From positions 1,205,795 to 1,269,794 of the forward strand of contig OY969417.1 of NCBI GenBank assembly GCA_963699125.1: a DNA stretch of 64,000 bases, read 5' to 3'. This document shows positions 31,496 through 40,974 of this stretch, piece after piece; position 1 is the stretch's first letter; each line of letters begins with the position of its first letter. The notes beneath the pieces were generated by a model. It made no database searches. It saw only the letters and a list, made by a program, of their open reading frames with translations, and was not told the origin of the DNA. Position numbers and translations under genes: made by a program. This DNA comes from an uncultured Actinomycetes bacterium (GTDB lineage: Bacteria > Actinomycetota > Thermoleophilia > Solirubrobacterales > 70-9).

Positions 31496-32364
31496 AGCTC
31501 CCCCAGCACCACGCGCTCGATCCCAGCCAGGTCCCGCCGCCTCTCAATCGCCTCGAACCCAGCCTCCCGCATCAACGCGGCCACCGCCCCGGCCTGCCCC
31601 TCCCCCACCTCCAGCGCCACCACGCCCCCCACCACCGATGTCGCAGTTGTGACCGCTATCCGGCGAGAAGTACGACATCGGAGGGCAGGAAGGAGGGTGC
31701 GGTAGGTGTCGAGGCCGTCGGGGCCGGCCAGCAGCGCCTCGCGCGGCTCCCAGGCGGTGATCTCGGGCTGAAGTGACTGCCAATCGGGCTCGGCTATGTA
31801 GGGCAGGTTGGCGAGGATCAGGTCGAACTCGCCTTCGTCGGGGAGAGAGCCGGGAAGGAAACGGACGCGGTCGGCGAGGCCGAGGCGCTCGGCGTTCGCC
31901 CGCGCCACCTCTAGCGCCCCGGGGGAAGTGTCGGTCGCGGTCACCGCACAGCCCGGCAGCTCGTCGGCGACCGCGAGGGCGATCGCGCCGGAGCCGGTGC
32001 CGACGTCGAGCACGGACCCCGGCGCCCGCTCCAGCGCGACTTCCACCAGCAGCTCGGTCTCGGGCCGGGGAACGAGCACGCGGCGGTCGACCGCCAGCTC
32101 GATCTCGCGGAACCCTTTGCGCCCGATGATGTAGGCGACCGGCTCGCGCCGCAAGCGGCGCCGCACCAGATCTCCGAACGCCCGCGCAGCCGCCGCCGGG
32201 ACCTCCGCCCCGGGGTCCGCCGCGAGTGCCGCGCGAGTGCGCCCCATCGCCTCACCCAGCAGCAGTTCCGCGTCGAGCCGCGGATCTTCAACCCCAGCGG
32301 CGCCAAGCGCGTCGCTCGCCGCGCCAAGCGCTTCGCGCACGCTCGCGGCGGCCCTCGTCGCCAT
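31492..32364 (-). CDS. prmC: release-factor glutamine N5-methyltransferase PrmC (HemK)
   Basis: SAM motif VLDVGTGSGAIALA and a catalytic NPPY-type motif, here ILANLPYI. It lies directly downstream of prfA. Confidence 0.9.
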   Translation of the reverse strand: MATRAAASVREALGAASDALGAAGVEDPRLDAELLLGEAMGRTRAALAADPGAEVPAAAARAFGDLVRRRLRREPVAYIIGRKGFREIELAVDRRVLVPRPETELLVEVALERAPGSVLDVGTGSGAIALAVADELPGCAVTATDTSPGALEVARANAERLGLADRVRFLPGSLPDEGEFDLILANLPYIAEPDWQSLQPEITAWEPREALLAGPDGLDTYRTLLPALRCRTSRRIAVTTATSVVGGVVALEVGEGQAGAVAALMREAGFEAIERRRDLAGIERVVLGEL

Positions 32365-32369
32365 GACCG

Positions 32370-33437
32370 TTAGGCGGCCGAGGCGGCAGCCTGCAACCGT
32401 TGCCGCTTCTCCTCTGCTGCCAACGCATCGGTGAACTCGGAAAGGTCGCCGGCGAGCACGCCGTCGAGGTTGTGCGAGGTCAGCTTGATCCGGTGGTCGG
32501 TGACCCGGCCCTGAGGGAAGTTGTAGGTGCGCACCTTCTCGGAGCGCTCGCCGCTACCAACCTGGGCCTTGCGCTCGGAGGCGATCTTTGACTGCTGCTC
32601 GGCAATCTCGCGCTCTAGCAACCGCGCTCGCAGCACCCGCATCGCCTTTTCCTTGTTCTGGAGCTGGGACTTCTCGTCCTGCATCGAGACGACGATCCCG
32701 GTCGGCCCATGGGTGATCCGCACCGCCGAGTCGGTGGTGTTGACCGACTGGCCGCCCGGCCCGGAGGAGCGGTAGACGTCGATCTGGAGATCGCCGGCCT
32801 CGACCTCGACCTCGACCTCCTCCGCCTCCGGCAGCACGGCGATGGTCGCGGTCGAGGTGTGGATCCGACCCTGGGACTCGGTCTCCGGCACCCGCTGCAC
32901 GCGGTGGGTCCCCCCCTCGAACTTGAAGACCGAGTAGGCGCCCTCGCCCTTGACGGCGAAGGTCACCTCCTTGAAGCCGCCGGCCTCGGAGGCGGACTGC
33001 GAGAGGACCTCGGTCGCGAAACCGCGCTCTTCGGCATAGCGCGTCAGCATCTTGTAGAGATCGCCGGCGAACAGCGCCGCCTCGTCCCCCCCGGTCCCGG
33101 CCCTGATCTCGACCAACACGTTCTTGGCGTCATTGGGGTCGCGCTCGACCATCGCCAGCCGGATCTCCTCTTCCAGCTCCTCCAGCCGCCCCGGCGCCTC
33201 CTCGACCAGCTTGCGCAGCTCCTCGTCCTCCCCCTCCGCCAACAACTCCCGCGCCCCCTCCAAATCGTCCTTCAGAGTGCGCCACTCAGCAGCGAGCCTG
33301 CGCGCCGGCTCCAGCTCCCGATATTCCCGCCCTACCTCCGCATACCGCTGCCGATCCCCGATCACCGCCGGATCGGACATCAGTTCCTCCAGCTCCCCAA
33401 AGCGGCTCTCGATCTGCTCAACAAGCTGCTCGATCAT
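32370..33437 (-). CDS. prfA: peptide chain release factor 1
   Basis: 355 aa from ATG 33437 (MIEQLVEQIESRF), with RVPETESQGRIHTSTATIAV and GPGGQSVNTTDSAVRITH. The 766-aa track ORF is a read-through artefact. Confidence 0.95.
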   Translation of the reverse strand: MIEQLVEQIESRFGELEELMSDPAVIGDRQRYAEVGREYRELEPARRLAAEWRTLKDDLEGARELLAEGEDEELRKLVEEAPGRLEELEEEIRLAMVERDPNDAKNVLVEIRAGTGGDEAALFAGDLYKMLTRYAEERGFATEVLSQSASEAGGFKEVTFAVKGEGAYSVFKFEGGTHRVQRVPETESQGRIHTSTATIAVLPEAEEVEVEVEAGDLQIDVYRSSGPGGQSVNTTDSAVRITHGPTGIVVSMQDEKSQLQNKEKAMRVLRARLLEREIAEQQSKIASERKAQVGSGERSEKVRTYNFPQGRVTDHRIKLTSHNLDGVLAGDLSEFTDALAAEEKRQRLQAAASAA

Positions 33438-33490
33438 GCTGACAACCCTAGAGGGGAAAGTTGCTCCGACGAGGTCGGTCGCGCCTGGGC

Positions 33491-34504
33491 CTACGCGACG
33501 ATCTCGATGTGCTGCTGCTTCGCCGCCTCCTCGGGGTTCTCCCGCGCAAGCACGGCGTTCAGCGAGGCGATCGCCACCGCGAGCTGCTCTTCGTCGGGCT
33601 CCCGCGTGGTCAGGTTCTGCAGCATCAGCCCCGGCCACATCACCGCCCGCACCCAGCGTTTGCGGCGGTTTTTGCCCGCCCACTTGATCACCTCGTAGGA
33701 GAGCCCCGCGATCAGGGGGATGCCGAGGATCCGCGACAGCACCAGCCAGTACCAGGCCGGCAGCCCGATCGGGGCGAAGACGAAGATCGCCAGCACCATC
33801 ACGATCAAGAGGAAGCTGGTGCCGCAGCGTGGGTGCAGGCGCGAGTAGAGCTTGGCCCGGGAGGGCACCAGCTCGTCTTCGGCCTCGTAGCAGGAGATCG
33901 TCTTGTGCTCGGCGCCGTGGTACTCGAAGACCCGCCGCAGGTCGGGCAATTTGCTGATCGCGACGATGTAGCCGATGAAGATCCCGGTCCGCAGGACGCC
34001 CTCGATCAGCCAGAAGAGGAAGGGCGAGCCGAGCTGGTCCTTGATCAGGCTGGTCAGCCCGACCGGGACGACGAAGAAGAGTCCGATCGACAGCAGCAGC
34101 GAGAGGACGATCGTCAGGCCCCAGATCCAGCCGCCGATCTCTTCCTTCTCCCCCTCTTCGTCCTCCTCCATCTGGGCGTTGGCGGAGATCGCCAGCGCCT
34201 TGAAGCCGATCTTCATCGACTCGCCGAGGGCGACGACGCCGCGGATCACCGGCAACCGCCAGAGCCGGTGGCGCTGCGCCCAGGGGACGAGCGACTCGGA
34301 CTCGATCTCGATCTGACCGTCGGGTGCCCGCACTGCCACCGCCCAGACCGAGATGCCGCGCATCATCACCCCCTCCAGCACCGCTTGACCGCCGACCGGC
34401 GCGTCGCGCTTGGCGACCAGGGCGCCGTCGGGCATACGAAGCGGATCCCCTCCGTTGGCGGAGGGGACGGAGGATGCCTGTGCCGAGCCCGCCGGCGGGC
34501 TCAC
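33491..34504 (-). CDS. DUF1385 (YqhQ-like) membrane protein
   Basis: GGQAVLEGVMMRG near the N-terminus, then several TM helices and YHGAEHKTI. It occupies the conserved position between rpmE and prfA. The exact start is uncertain; an internal MPDGALV start is possible. Confidence 0.8.
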   Translation of the reverse strand: MSPPAGSAQASSVPSANGGDPLRMPDGALVAKRDAPVGGQAVLEGVMMRGISVWAVAVRAPDGQIEIESESLVPWAQRHRLWRLPVIRGVVALGESMKIGFKALAISANAQMEEDEEGEKEEIGGWIWGLTIVLSLLLSIGLFFVVPVGLTSLIKDQLGSPFLFWLIEGVLRTGIFIGYIVAISKLPDLRRVFEYHGAEHKTISCYEAEDELVPSRAKLYSRLHPRCGTSFLLIVMVLAIFVFAPIGLPAWYWLVLSRILGIPLIAGLSYEVIKWAGKNRRKRWVRAVMWPGLMLQNLTTREPDEEQLAVAIASLNAVLARENPEEAAKQQHIEIVA

Positions 34505-34507
34505 GGG

Positions 34508-34720
34508 CTACTTCCCGGCCCTGTGCTTGGCCGCCCGGCGCTGGAAGCGCTCGACGCGCCCACCGGTGTCGACCAGCTTCTGCTTGCCCGTGTAGAAGGG
34601 GTGGCACTCGGAGCAGAGCTCGACGTGCAGGTCGTCCTTGGTCGACCGCGTGTAGAACTGGTTGCCGCACGAGCAGTGCACGTTGGCGAGCGTGTACTCG
34701 GGGTGAATTCCTGCCTTCAT
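34508..34720 (-). CDS. rpmE: 50S ribosomal protein L31 (zinc-binding type)
   Basis: [22 protein letters not shown]...[24 protein letters not shown]. Confidence 0.95.
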   Translation of the reverse strand: MKAGIHPEYTLANVHCSCGNQFYTRSTKDDLHVELCSECHPFYTGKQKLVDTGGRVERFQRRAAKHRAGK

Positions 34721-34766
34721 TCGCCCTTCAGTCTAGAGAAGTGGTCAAGGATGCCGATACTTCCGT

Positions 34767-36290
34767 GTGGAACGCGATCACTCGGCACGGCAACCCCTCA
34801 CGATCGGCGCGCTGCGCTTGGCAACCGGGCTCGTCCTCTTCGGCGGCACCCTCCTCGTCGCCCTCTACGACTGGCTCGGGATCGGCGGCCCCGCCCTCGA
34901 CGACCTTGTCAATGGACCTCTGTACGACGCGATCATCGTCAGCGCCGGCGTCGCCTGCCTGCTGCGCGCCCGCGGTGCGGGGCGCGAGCGGGGCGCCTGG
35001 CTGGCGATAGCGGCCGCGGTCCTCTCCTGGGGCGCCTCTGAGATCTACTGGACCGCCGTCCTCACCAACGATCCCTCGCCCCCCTATCCATCGCCGGCCG
35101 ACATCGGCTACCTCGCCTTCTACCCGCTGGCCGCGACCGGCCTCTTCCTGCTGGTTCGCGCCCGCGCGGAGGAGCTCGACTGGCGCCTTTGGATGGACGG
35201 GCTGATCGCCGCGCTGGGAACGGCGGCGCTCGGCGCGGCGCTGGTCTTCGAGTTCGTCGCCGACCACGCCAGCGGCACCGCGGTCCAGGTCGCGACGACG
35301 CTCGCCTACCCGCTTGGCGACATCCTGATGCTGGCCCTGGTCATCGGCATCGTCGCCTTGACCCGCTGGCGCCCCGGGCGCACCTGGGCTCTGCTGCTGG
35401 TCGGCCTCGCGGCGCTGGTCGCCGCCGACGTCGCCTACACCCTGCAGTCGACCGAAGCCAGCCTGCCCGGCGGCGACTGGATCGAACCGATCTACCTGCT
35501 CGGCGCGGTCTGCATCGGCGCCGAGGCCTGGCAGCCGGGCGCCGACGCGATCCGCCGCGACGCGCGCTTCGACGGCTGGCGCGAGCTGATGGTCCCCGCC
35601 CTGTTCGCGGCGGTGATGATCGGGCTCTTCGCGATGCAGTACTTCAGCCGCGCCAGCGGCCTGACCACGGTGCTCTGGGCGGCGACGATGATCGCCGTCC
35701 TCGCCCGGCTCGCCCTCAGCGTGCGCGAGAACAAGCGGCTGCTGGAGCTGGTCCGGACCGATCAGCTGACCGGCCTCGGCAACCAGGGAAGGCTGCAAGC
35801 GGACCTGGCCAGCGGTTGCGAGCGGGCGGGGGAAGAGCCGCTGACGTTGCTGCTGCTCGACCTCAACGGCTTCAAGCGCTACAACGACACCTTCGGGCAC
35901 CCGGCCGGGGACTCGATGCTGACCCGGCTCGGGGGCCAGCTGAGAGAGGCGATCGGCGCCGACGGATCCGCCTACCGCGTCGGCGGCGACGAGTTCGCGG
36001 TCCTCACGAGCTGCGCCGAGGGCCGCCGCGACGAGGTGACAAAGCGCGCCGCCGAAGCCCTCACCGCCCGCGGGAGGGGTTTCGACCTCGGCGCCTCCTG
36101 GGGGGTCGCCTCGATTCCCGCCGAGGCCGACACGCCGCTGGCCGCGCTGCAGCTCGCGGACGTGAGGATGTACGCGCAGAAGGAGTCGCGGCGTGCTGCT
36201 CATCACCACGAGTCCATAGACATCGACGGCGCCGAGGTCTCGGTGCAGCTACCGCGAAGCGGCGGCGAAGCTCTCGAGCAGGGCAAGTAG
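34767..36290 (+). CDS. membrane-bound diguanylate cyclase (GGDEF domain)
   Basis: About 9 N-terminal TM helices, then DQLTGLGNQGRL, LDLNGFKRYNDTFGHPAGD and YRVGGDEFAVL. Confidence 0.88.
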   Translation: MERDHSARQPLTIGALRLATGLVLFGGTLLVALYDWLGIGGPALDDLVNGPLYDAIIVSAGVACLLRARGAGRERGAWLAIAAAVLSWGASEIYWTAVLTNDPSPPYPSPADIGYLAFYPLAATGLFLLVRARAEELDWRLWMDGLIAALGTAALGAALVFEFVADHASGTAVQVATTLAYPLGDILMLALVIGIVALTRWRPGRTWALLLVGLAALVAADVAYTLQSTEASLPGGDWIEPIYLLGAVCIGAEAWQPGADAIRRDARFDGWRELMVPALFAAVMIGLFAMQYFSRASGLTTVLWAATMIAVLARLALSVRENKRLLELVRTDQLTGLGNQGRLQADLASGCERAGEEPLTLLLLDLNGFKRYNDTFGHPAGDSMLTRLGGQLREAIGADGSAYRVGGDEFAVLTSCAEGRRDEVTKRAAEALTARGRGFDLGASWGVASIPAEADTPLAALQLADVRMYAQKESRRAAHHHESIDIDGAEVSVQLPRSGGEALEQGK

Positions 36291-36869
36291 GACCGTCGTC
36301 ACCTGCTCCCGGCTGGCAGGGTCTTCGGAGCGGGCTACGAGCATCGCCGCCTCGTCGAGGGCGCCGAGCAGCAGGTGCGCCATCGGCTTCACCGGTAACG
36401 GCCGGATCTCGCCCGCCTCGATCGCGGCGGCGAGGCTGGCCTCGATCAGCCCGAGGCCGTTCGCGGCGCCGATCTCGCGCCAGCGGTCCCAGCCGAGCAC
36501 CGCGGGAGCGTCGTGGAGGGCGATCTGCCGCAGCTCCGGCTCCGCGCACTCGTCGAGGAAAGCCTCGATCCCGGCCACCATCGCCTCGAGGGGGCTGTCC
36601 AGCTCGGAGCCGAGGACGATGCGGGCGACGCGCTCGGTCGATTCCGCCTCGAGCTGCTCGTAGGCGGCCTCGAGCAGCTGCCGCTTGCCGCCGAAGTGGT
36701 GGTAGAGGGCGCCGCGGGTGACCCCGGCAGCGCGCACGATCTCCTCGGTGCCGACGGCCTCGTAGCCGCGCTCGGTGAAGAGACGGCGGGCGGCGGCGAT
36801 CAGAGCGTTCCGCGTCGCCTCTGCCCGTGCGGCCTGCGTGCGCCCCCCTCTTTTGGGATTAACATGCAT
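36249..36869 (-). CDS. TetR family transcriptional regulator
   Basis: N-terminal HTH: ATRNALIAAARRLFTERGYEAVGTEEIVRAAGVTRGALYHHFGGK. Its 3' end overlaps the convergent GGDEF gene by 42 nt. Confidence 0.9.
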   Translation of the reverse strand: MHVNPKRGGRTQAARAEATRNALIAAARRLFTERGYEAVGTEEIVRAAGVTRGALYHHFGGKRQLLEAAYEQLEAESTERVARIVLGSELDSPLEAMVAGIEAFLDECAEPELRQIALHDAPAVLGWDRWREIGAANGLGLIEASLAAAIEAGEIRPLPVKPMAHLLLGALDEAAMLVARSEDPASREQVTTVLLALLESFAAASR

Positions 36870-36880
36870 ACTGTATGTAT
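36864..36880. promoter_or_regulatory. candidate TetR operator in the 35-bp divergent spacer
   Basis: ATGCATACTGTATGTAT is a 17-bp near-palindrome (CATAC-T-GTATG core) in an AT-rich patch. It overlaps the TetR start codon. Confidence 0.4.
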
Positions 36881-36904
36881 CTTAACTCCGGAGGAGGCTG
36901 AAAC

Positions 36905-37744
36905 ATGAGTACGGACACGAGCCAGCGTAAAGAGATCGACCTGCCCGCCGGCAGGATCCGCTACCGGGAGGCGGGAAGCGGCAAGCCGGTCGTCTTCGTC
37001 CATGGTTACCTGGTCGACGGGCGCCTCTGGGACGGTGTCGTCGACCGGCTCTCGGACCGCTGCCGCTGCATCGCTCCGGACTGGCCGATCGGCTCCCAGC
37101 AGATCGCGATGAAGCCGGACGCGGACCTCACCCCGTACGGCATCGCCGCGACGATCGCCTCCTTCCTTGAGGCGCTCGACCTCAACGACGTCACGATCGT
37201 CGGCAACGACTCCGGCGGCGCCATGTCGCAGGTCCTGGTCACCCGCCACCCCGAGCGCATCGGCCGCCTCGTCCTCACCAACTGCGACCTCTACGAGAAC
37301 TTCCCGCCCGGCATCTTCAAGGCGATGCCGGCGATCGCGAAGCTGCCCGGTGGGATGGCGATTCTGGCGGCCCCCTTCCGGATCGGCGCCCTCGCCCGTG
37401 CCGCCTTCAAGCCCTTCTCGAAGAAGCCGATCCCCGCCGACCTGATCGCCTCCTGGATGGAGCCAGGCATGCACGACCCCGGCGTGCGCCACGACCTCAA
37501 GAAGGTGACCGTGGGCATGAACAAGCGCTACACGCTGGAGGCGGCGGAGAAGCTGCGCAGCACCGAGCTACCGCTCCTGCTCACCTGGGCGACGGGCGAT
37601 CGGCTGTTCTCGATCAAGTCCGCGAAGCGGCTCGCCGCCGAGACCCCGAATGCGCGGCTGGTCGAGATCGCCGACGCCAGCACGTTCGTGCCGCTGGACC
37701 AGCCGCAGCGCCTGGCCGACGAGATCGCCGGTTTCGCCGGTTAG
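36905..37744 (+). CDS. alpha/beta hydrolase (haloalkane dehalogenase/epoxide hydrolase-like fold)
   Basis: VVFVHGYLVDGRLW, with the nucleophile region IVGNDSGGAMSQ. RBS GGAGGAGG. Divergent from TetR. Confidence 0.8.
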   Translation: MSTDTSQRKEIDLPAGRIRYREAGSGKPVVFVHGYLVDGRLWDGVVDRLSDRCRCIAPDWPIGSQQIAMKPDADLTPYGIAATIASFLEALDLNDVTIVGNDSGGAMSQVLVTRHPERIGRLVLTNCDLYENFPPGIFKAMPAIAKLPGGMAILAAPFRIGALARAAFKPFSKKPIPADLIASWMEPGMHDPGVRHDLKKVTVGMNKRYTLEAAEKLRSTELPLLLTWATGDRLFSIKSAKRLAAETPNARLVEIADASTFVPLDQPQRLADEIAGFAG

Positions 37745-37948
37745 CTGCGCCAAGGCGAACAGGCGTTCCCAACCACGCAAAGTGCAGCTTTTTCGTCCGA
37801 CGGGGGGGTGAGTCTTTCTCAACCCCCTAGAGGACGGAGAGCTAGTGACCAAGCAGATCTTCGACCAGGAACGGCCCAGGAGCACGATGGCGCAACGCCT
37901 CGACGAAGCCTTCGCCGGCTGCGAGGTGTGGACCCTCGCGCCCCCGTC

Positions 37949-38650
37949 TCAGCGGCGCAACAGCATCGACTTCAGCCCCCGCGCCTCGAGCTCCTCGAGG
38001 ATGATCGGCAGGGCTGCGGCGGTGCGGACCCAGGAGCCAGGCGCGCTGTAGTAGTCGGCGTCGTGCAGGAGGATGATGTCCCCGGCCCTGGCGCTGGCGG
38101 TCGCGCGGTGGGCGATCGACGCCGGCGTCGCGCGCCGCGTCCAATCCCTCCCCCACTGCGACCAGAGGACCGGCCGCCAACCGCGGCTGCGGATCGCGCC
38201 CAGTCCGATCGCGCTGAAGATCCCGTACGGCGGCCGGTAGTCGGCGATCGCCTGCCCGCCCGCCTCCTCGATCGCCGCCTTGGCGCGATCCGCGTCCGCG
38301 AGCAGTTGCCGAGGGCCGAGGCGAAGCTGGTTGCGATGGCGATGGCAGTGCAGCTCGACCCGGTGGCCGGCGGCGACGATCTCGGCGACCAGCGCCGGCC
38401 GCTGTACGACCTGCTCGCCGGCGAGGAAGAAGGTCGCCCGAGCCCCCGCCTCACGCAGCGTCTCCAGGACCGCCGGCGTGCCCTGCGGGTGCGGACCGTC
38501 GTCGAAGGTGAGGGCGACTCCCTCCTCCCCCTCCTGGCGCAGCTCGATCCCCAGAGCGGTCCCGATCCCCGGAACCACCGGCGCTAGCGCCGTGCCGGCA
38601 TAAGCGACCGCCGTGGCGGCGAGGCCCGCGCCAGCCACCACCCCGATCAA
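37949..38650 (-). CDS. polysaccharide deacetylase (NodB homology domain)
   Basis: VALTFDDGPHPQGTPAVLETL...ATFFLAGEQV and HCHRH. The TTG start overlaps the stop of the upstream fusion gene. Confidence 0.85.
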   Translation of the reverse strand: MIGVVAGAGLAATAVAYAGTALAPVVPGIGTALGIELRQEGEEGVALTFDDGPHPQGTPAVLETLREAGARATFFLAGEQVVQRPALVAEIVAAGHRVELHCHRHRNQLRLGPRQLLADADRAKAAIEEAGGQAIADYRPPYGIFSAIGLGAIRSRGWRPVLWSQWGRDWTRRATPASIAHRATASARAGDIILLHDADYYSAPGSWVRTAAALPIILEELEARGLKSMLLRR

Positions 38651-40974
38651 GGAGCGGAGTTCGCCGCCGCGCGGTGGGCGAGCGGACGCACCGGCAGTGA
38701 CTGGGCCTTGGAGACCACCGGGGCGTCGTTGTCCCTGCCGAAATGGATGCGCCCGTTGAGGGGCTTCGAGATCACCTTGTACGGAGCTTCGCGATCGACA
38801 GCGGACAACACCATCACCAGCAGCACGGCGGCGAGACTGACGGCCGCGACAACCCGCTCCATGCGCAGGCGCCAGACCGGCTGCGGCCGCACCCGCGGCC
38901 TCACGCTGAGCGCCCGTGAAGCAATCGACGGCAGCGAGGCGAAGGAGGAGTCGGGCGAGCGGCGCTCGCGGGTGAGATGGCGCAGGACCGACTCCAGCTC
39001 GTGATCGGAGCGCGCCACCTCAGCCAGGCCGAAACGCTCGAAAGCGGCGTTGTTGGCGCGCAGGTGGCCGGCTGAGAAACCGTAGGAGACGACCGGGCAG
39101 CCGCGGATGTGAGCCTCCAGCACGGTCAGGCCGGCGGTCGAGTGGATCATCGCGTCGGCGGCCGCCATCCAGTCGCTCATCTGCTCGGTGAAGCCGAGCA
39201 CGCGGACCTGCTCGTTGTCGCCAAAGCTGCGCTCGAGCTTCTCGCGGGCGACCTCGTTGCGGCCGGTGATGCAGACGACGAGCGTGTCGTCGCCCGAAAG
39301 CGCCGAGCGGATCGCCCCCTCGAGGTCGCCGATACCCCAGCCGCCGCCGGAGACCAGCACGATCCGCGCGTGAGCGGGAACGTCGAGTGCCTCGCGGGCA
39401 TCGCGGCGGGTGCGCGGCATCAGGAAGTCGCGCGAGATCGGCGGCCTTGCCCACTCGACGCTGGCCGGCCCGGCCAGCTTCTCGACCTCCTCGATCGACT
39501 CCGGGTGGGTGACGTAGTGCATGTCGACGCCGGGATGGACCCAGTAGCGCAGGCCGGCGAGGTCGGTGATCGCTGACTGCACCGGCACCAGCAGGCGCCG
39601 GTTCTCGCGCAGCATCCCCAGCACGGCGGTGACGCCGGGGTAGGTGGAGATGACGACGTCGGGATCGTGCTTGGCAATCAGGCGCATCAGCCCGCGGGCG
39701 CCGAGCAGGTAGCCGAGGTGGTGGGCGAGCCAGCGGGTCGGCGCGAACTTGGTCAGCAGCCAGTACTGGACGTCGAACAGCCACGGCATCCAGCGGAAAG
39801 TGAAGCGAGAGCCCTCGCGCACGACCGCCGAGCAGAACCTTCCCATCGCCTCGAGCCCGTTGGCGATCTCGACCTTGGACGCCGGGATCTCCTCTTCGAG
39901 GTCGGCCTTGATGATCCGCGCCGGCAGGTCGTGGCCCTCGCCGATGTCCGCGGTCAGGACCAACACCCGCGGCTCATGCTGCTCGAACCGCGAGGCGCCG
40001 GCGAGCAGGGCGCCGGCGGCGTGGTCGTTGCCGTTCAGCGACGGCTGCTTGCCGGGGATCGGGTCCGGAGCGCGGGTGCTGTTACGCACCCATTCGACGT
40101 ACTTCCGGACGCCTTCGCGGAAGCTCGTGTCGGCCTTCCAGCCCAGCTCGTCGAGGGCACGGACGTTGGAGATCACCTTGCCCGGGAAGTCGCCTGGGCG
40201 CGGCGGTGTGTGGACGATCTCGCAGCCACCGGTCATCTCCTGCACCGTCTCGGCGATCTCGAGGATGGTCACCACCTCATCGCCGGAGAGGTTGTAGGTG
40301 CGGTTGGCAGCCTCCGGCTGCAGGCCGGCGACGATCCCGGCGGCGAGGTCCTCGACGTAGATGAAGCTGCGGCTCTGGCTGCCGTCGCCGGCGATCGTCA
40401 GCGCCTCGCCGCCGAGGGCGAGGTCGGTGAACTTGGCAACAACGCCGGCGGCGCGCGCGCGGGGGCCGTAGGGGATGCCGAAGCGCAGCACCGTGCTCTC
40501 GAGGTCGTAGAGCTCGGCGTAGCCGGCGCAATAGGTCTCGCCGGCGAGCTTGGTCGCGGTGTAAAGGTGCCGGGGCGCCGGGATCGGCGTCTCCTCGTCG
40601 ACGTCCCGCTCGACGCAGTCGCTGTAGACCCAGGTGGTCGAGCCGTAGACGACGCGGCCGACCTCGGCCCGACAGGCGGCCTCGAGCACGTTGAGGGTGC
40701 CGCGGGTGTTGACCTCCTCGGCCAGGACCGGATCGGCGAGAACGTGGGCGACGTCGGCGACCGCGGCGAGGTGGATGACCGCGTCGCAGTCGCGCATCGC
40801 CAGGTCGAGGTTGGCGGAGTCGGTGATGCTGCCGGTGAAGGTCTCGACCTCGAGCGGCGAGTGGTACGGAGAGGCGCTGAGGTCGAAGATGCGCGGCGTC
40901 ATGCCGCGGTCGAGCAGGCGGTCGACCACGTGGGAGCCGATGAAGCCCCCGCCGCCGGTTACCAAGACCCTCAT
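38647..40974 (-). CDS. fusion protein: NAD-dependent sugar epimerase/dehydratase (N-terminal) plus MGDG-synthase/GT28-like glycosyltransferase (C-terminal), with a TM tail
   Basis: N-terminal half: MRVLVTGGGGFIGSHVVDRL and YTATKLAGE (YxxxK). From about residue 355: VLVLTADIGEGHDLPARII, VSGGGWGIG and HSTAGLTVLEA. C-terminal TM helix VVAAVSLAAVLLVMVLSAV. ATG 40974 overlaps the DegT stop (ATGA). Confidence 0.8.
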   Translation of the reverse strand: MRVLVTGGGGFIGSHVVDRLLDRGMTPRIFDLSASPYHSPLEVETFTGSITDSANLDLAMRDCDAVIHLAAVADVAHVLADPVLAEEVNTRGTLNVLEAACRAEVGRVVYGSTTWVYSDCVERDVDEETPIPAPRHLYTATKLAGETYCAGYAELYDLESTVLRFGIPYGPRARAAGVVAKFTDLALGGEALTIAGDGSQSRSFIYVEDLAAGIVAGLQPEAANRTYNLSGDEVVTILEIAETVQEMTGGCEIVHTPPRPGDFPGKVISNVRALDELGWKADTSFREGVRKYVEWVRNSTRAPDPIPGKQPSLNGNDHAAGALLAGASRFEQHEPRVLVLTADIGEGHDLPARIIKADLEEEIPASKVEIANGLEAMGRFCSAVVREGSRFTFRWMPWLFDVQYWLLTKFAPTRWLAHHLGYLLGARGLMRLIAKHDPDVVISTYPGVTAVLGMLRENRRLLVPVQSAITDLAGLRYWVHPGVDMHYVTHPESIEEVEKLAGPASVEWARPPISRDFLMPRTRRDAREALDVPAHARIVLVSGGGWGIGDLEGAIRSALSGDDTLVVCITGRNEVAREKLERSFGDNEQVRVLGFTEQMSDWMAAADAMIHSTAGLTVLEAHIRGCPVVSYGFSAGHLRANNAAFERFGLAEVARSDHELESVLRHLTRERRSPDSSFASLPSIASRALSVRPRVRPQPVWRLRMERVVAAVSLAAVLLVMVLSAVDREAPYKVISKPLNGRIHFGRDNDAPVVSKAQSLPVRPLAHRAAANSAP

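Noticed and set aside
33438-34670. N-terminal 411 residues of the 766-aa ORF containing prfA
   Set aside because: RF1 homology starts at MIEQLVEQ (ATG 33437). The upstream part is Arg/Pro/Gly read-through overlapping the DUF1385 and rpmE genes in another frame.
34728-36209. 493-aa minus-strand ORF, and the 510-aa plus-strand ORF 35189..36721
   Set aside because: They overlap the GGDEF and TetR genes in the wrong frame or strand, and they are Arg/Gly/Pro-rich with no motifs.
37745-37948. 68-aa ORF 37845..38051 and a hairpin at about 37794-37836
   Set aside because: The ORF overlaps the deacetylase 3' end and has no RBS or recognisable family. The hairpin (GGGGGTGAG/CTCAACCCCC) has no U-tract on either strand, so I did not call it a terminator.
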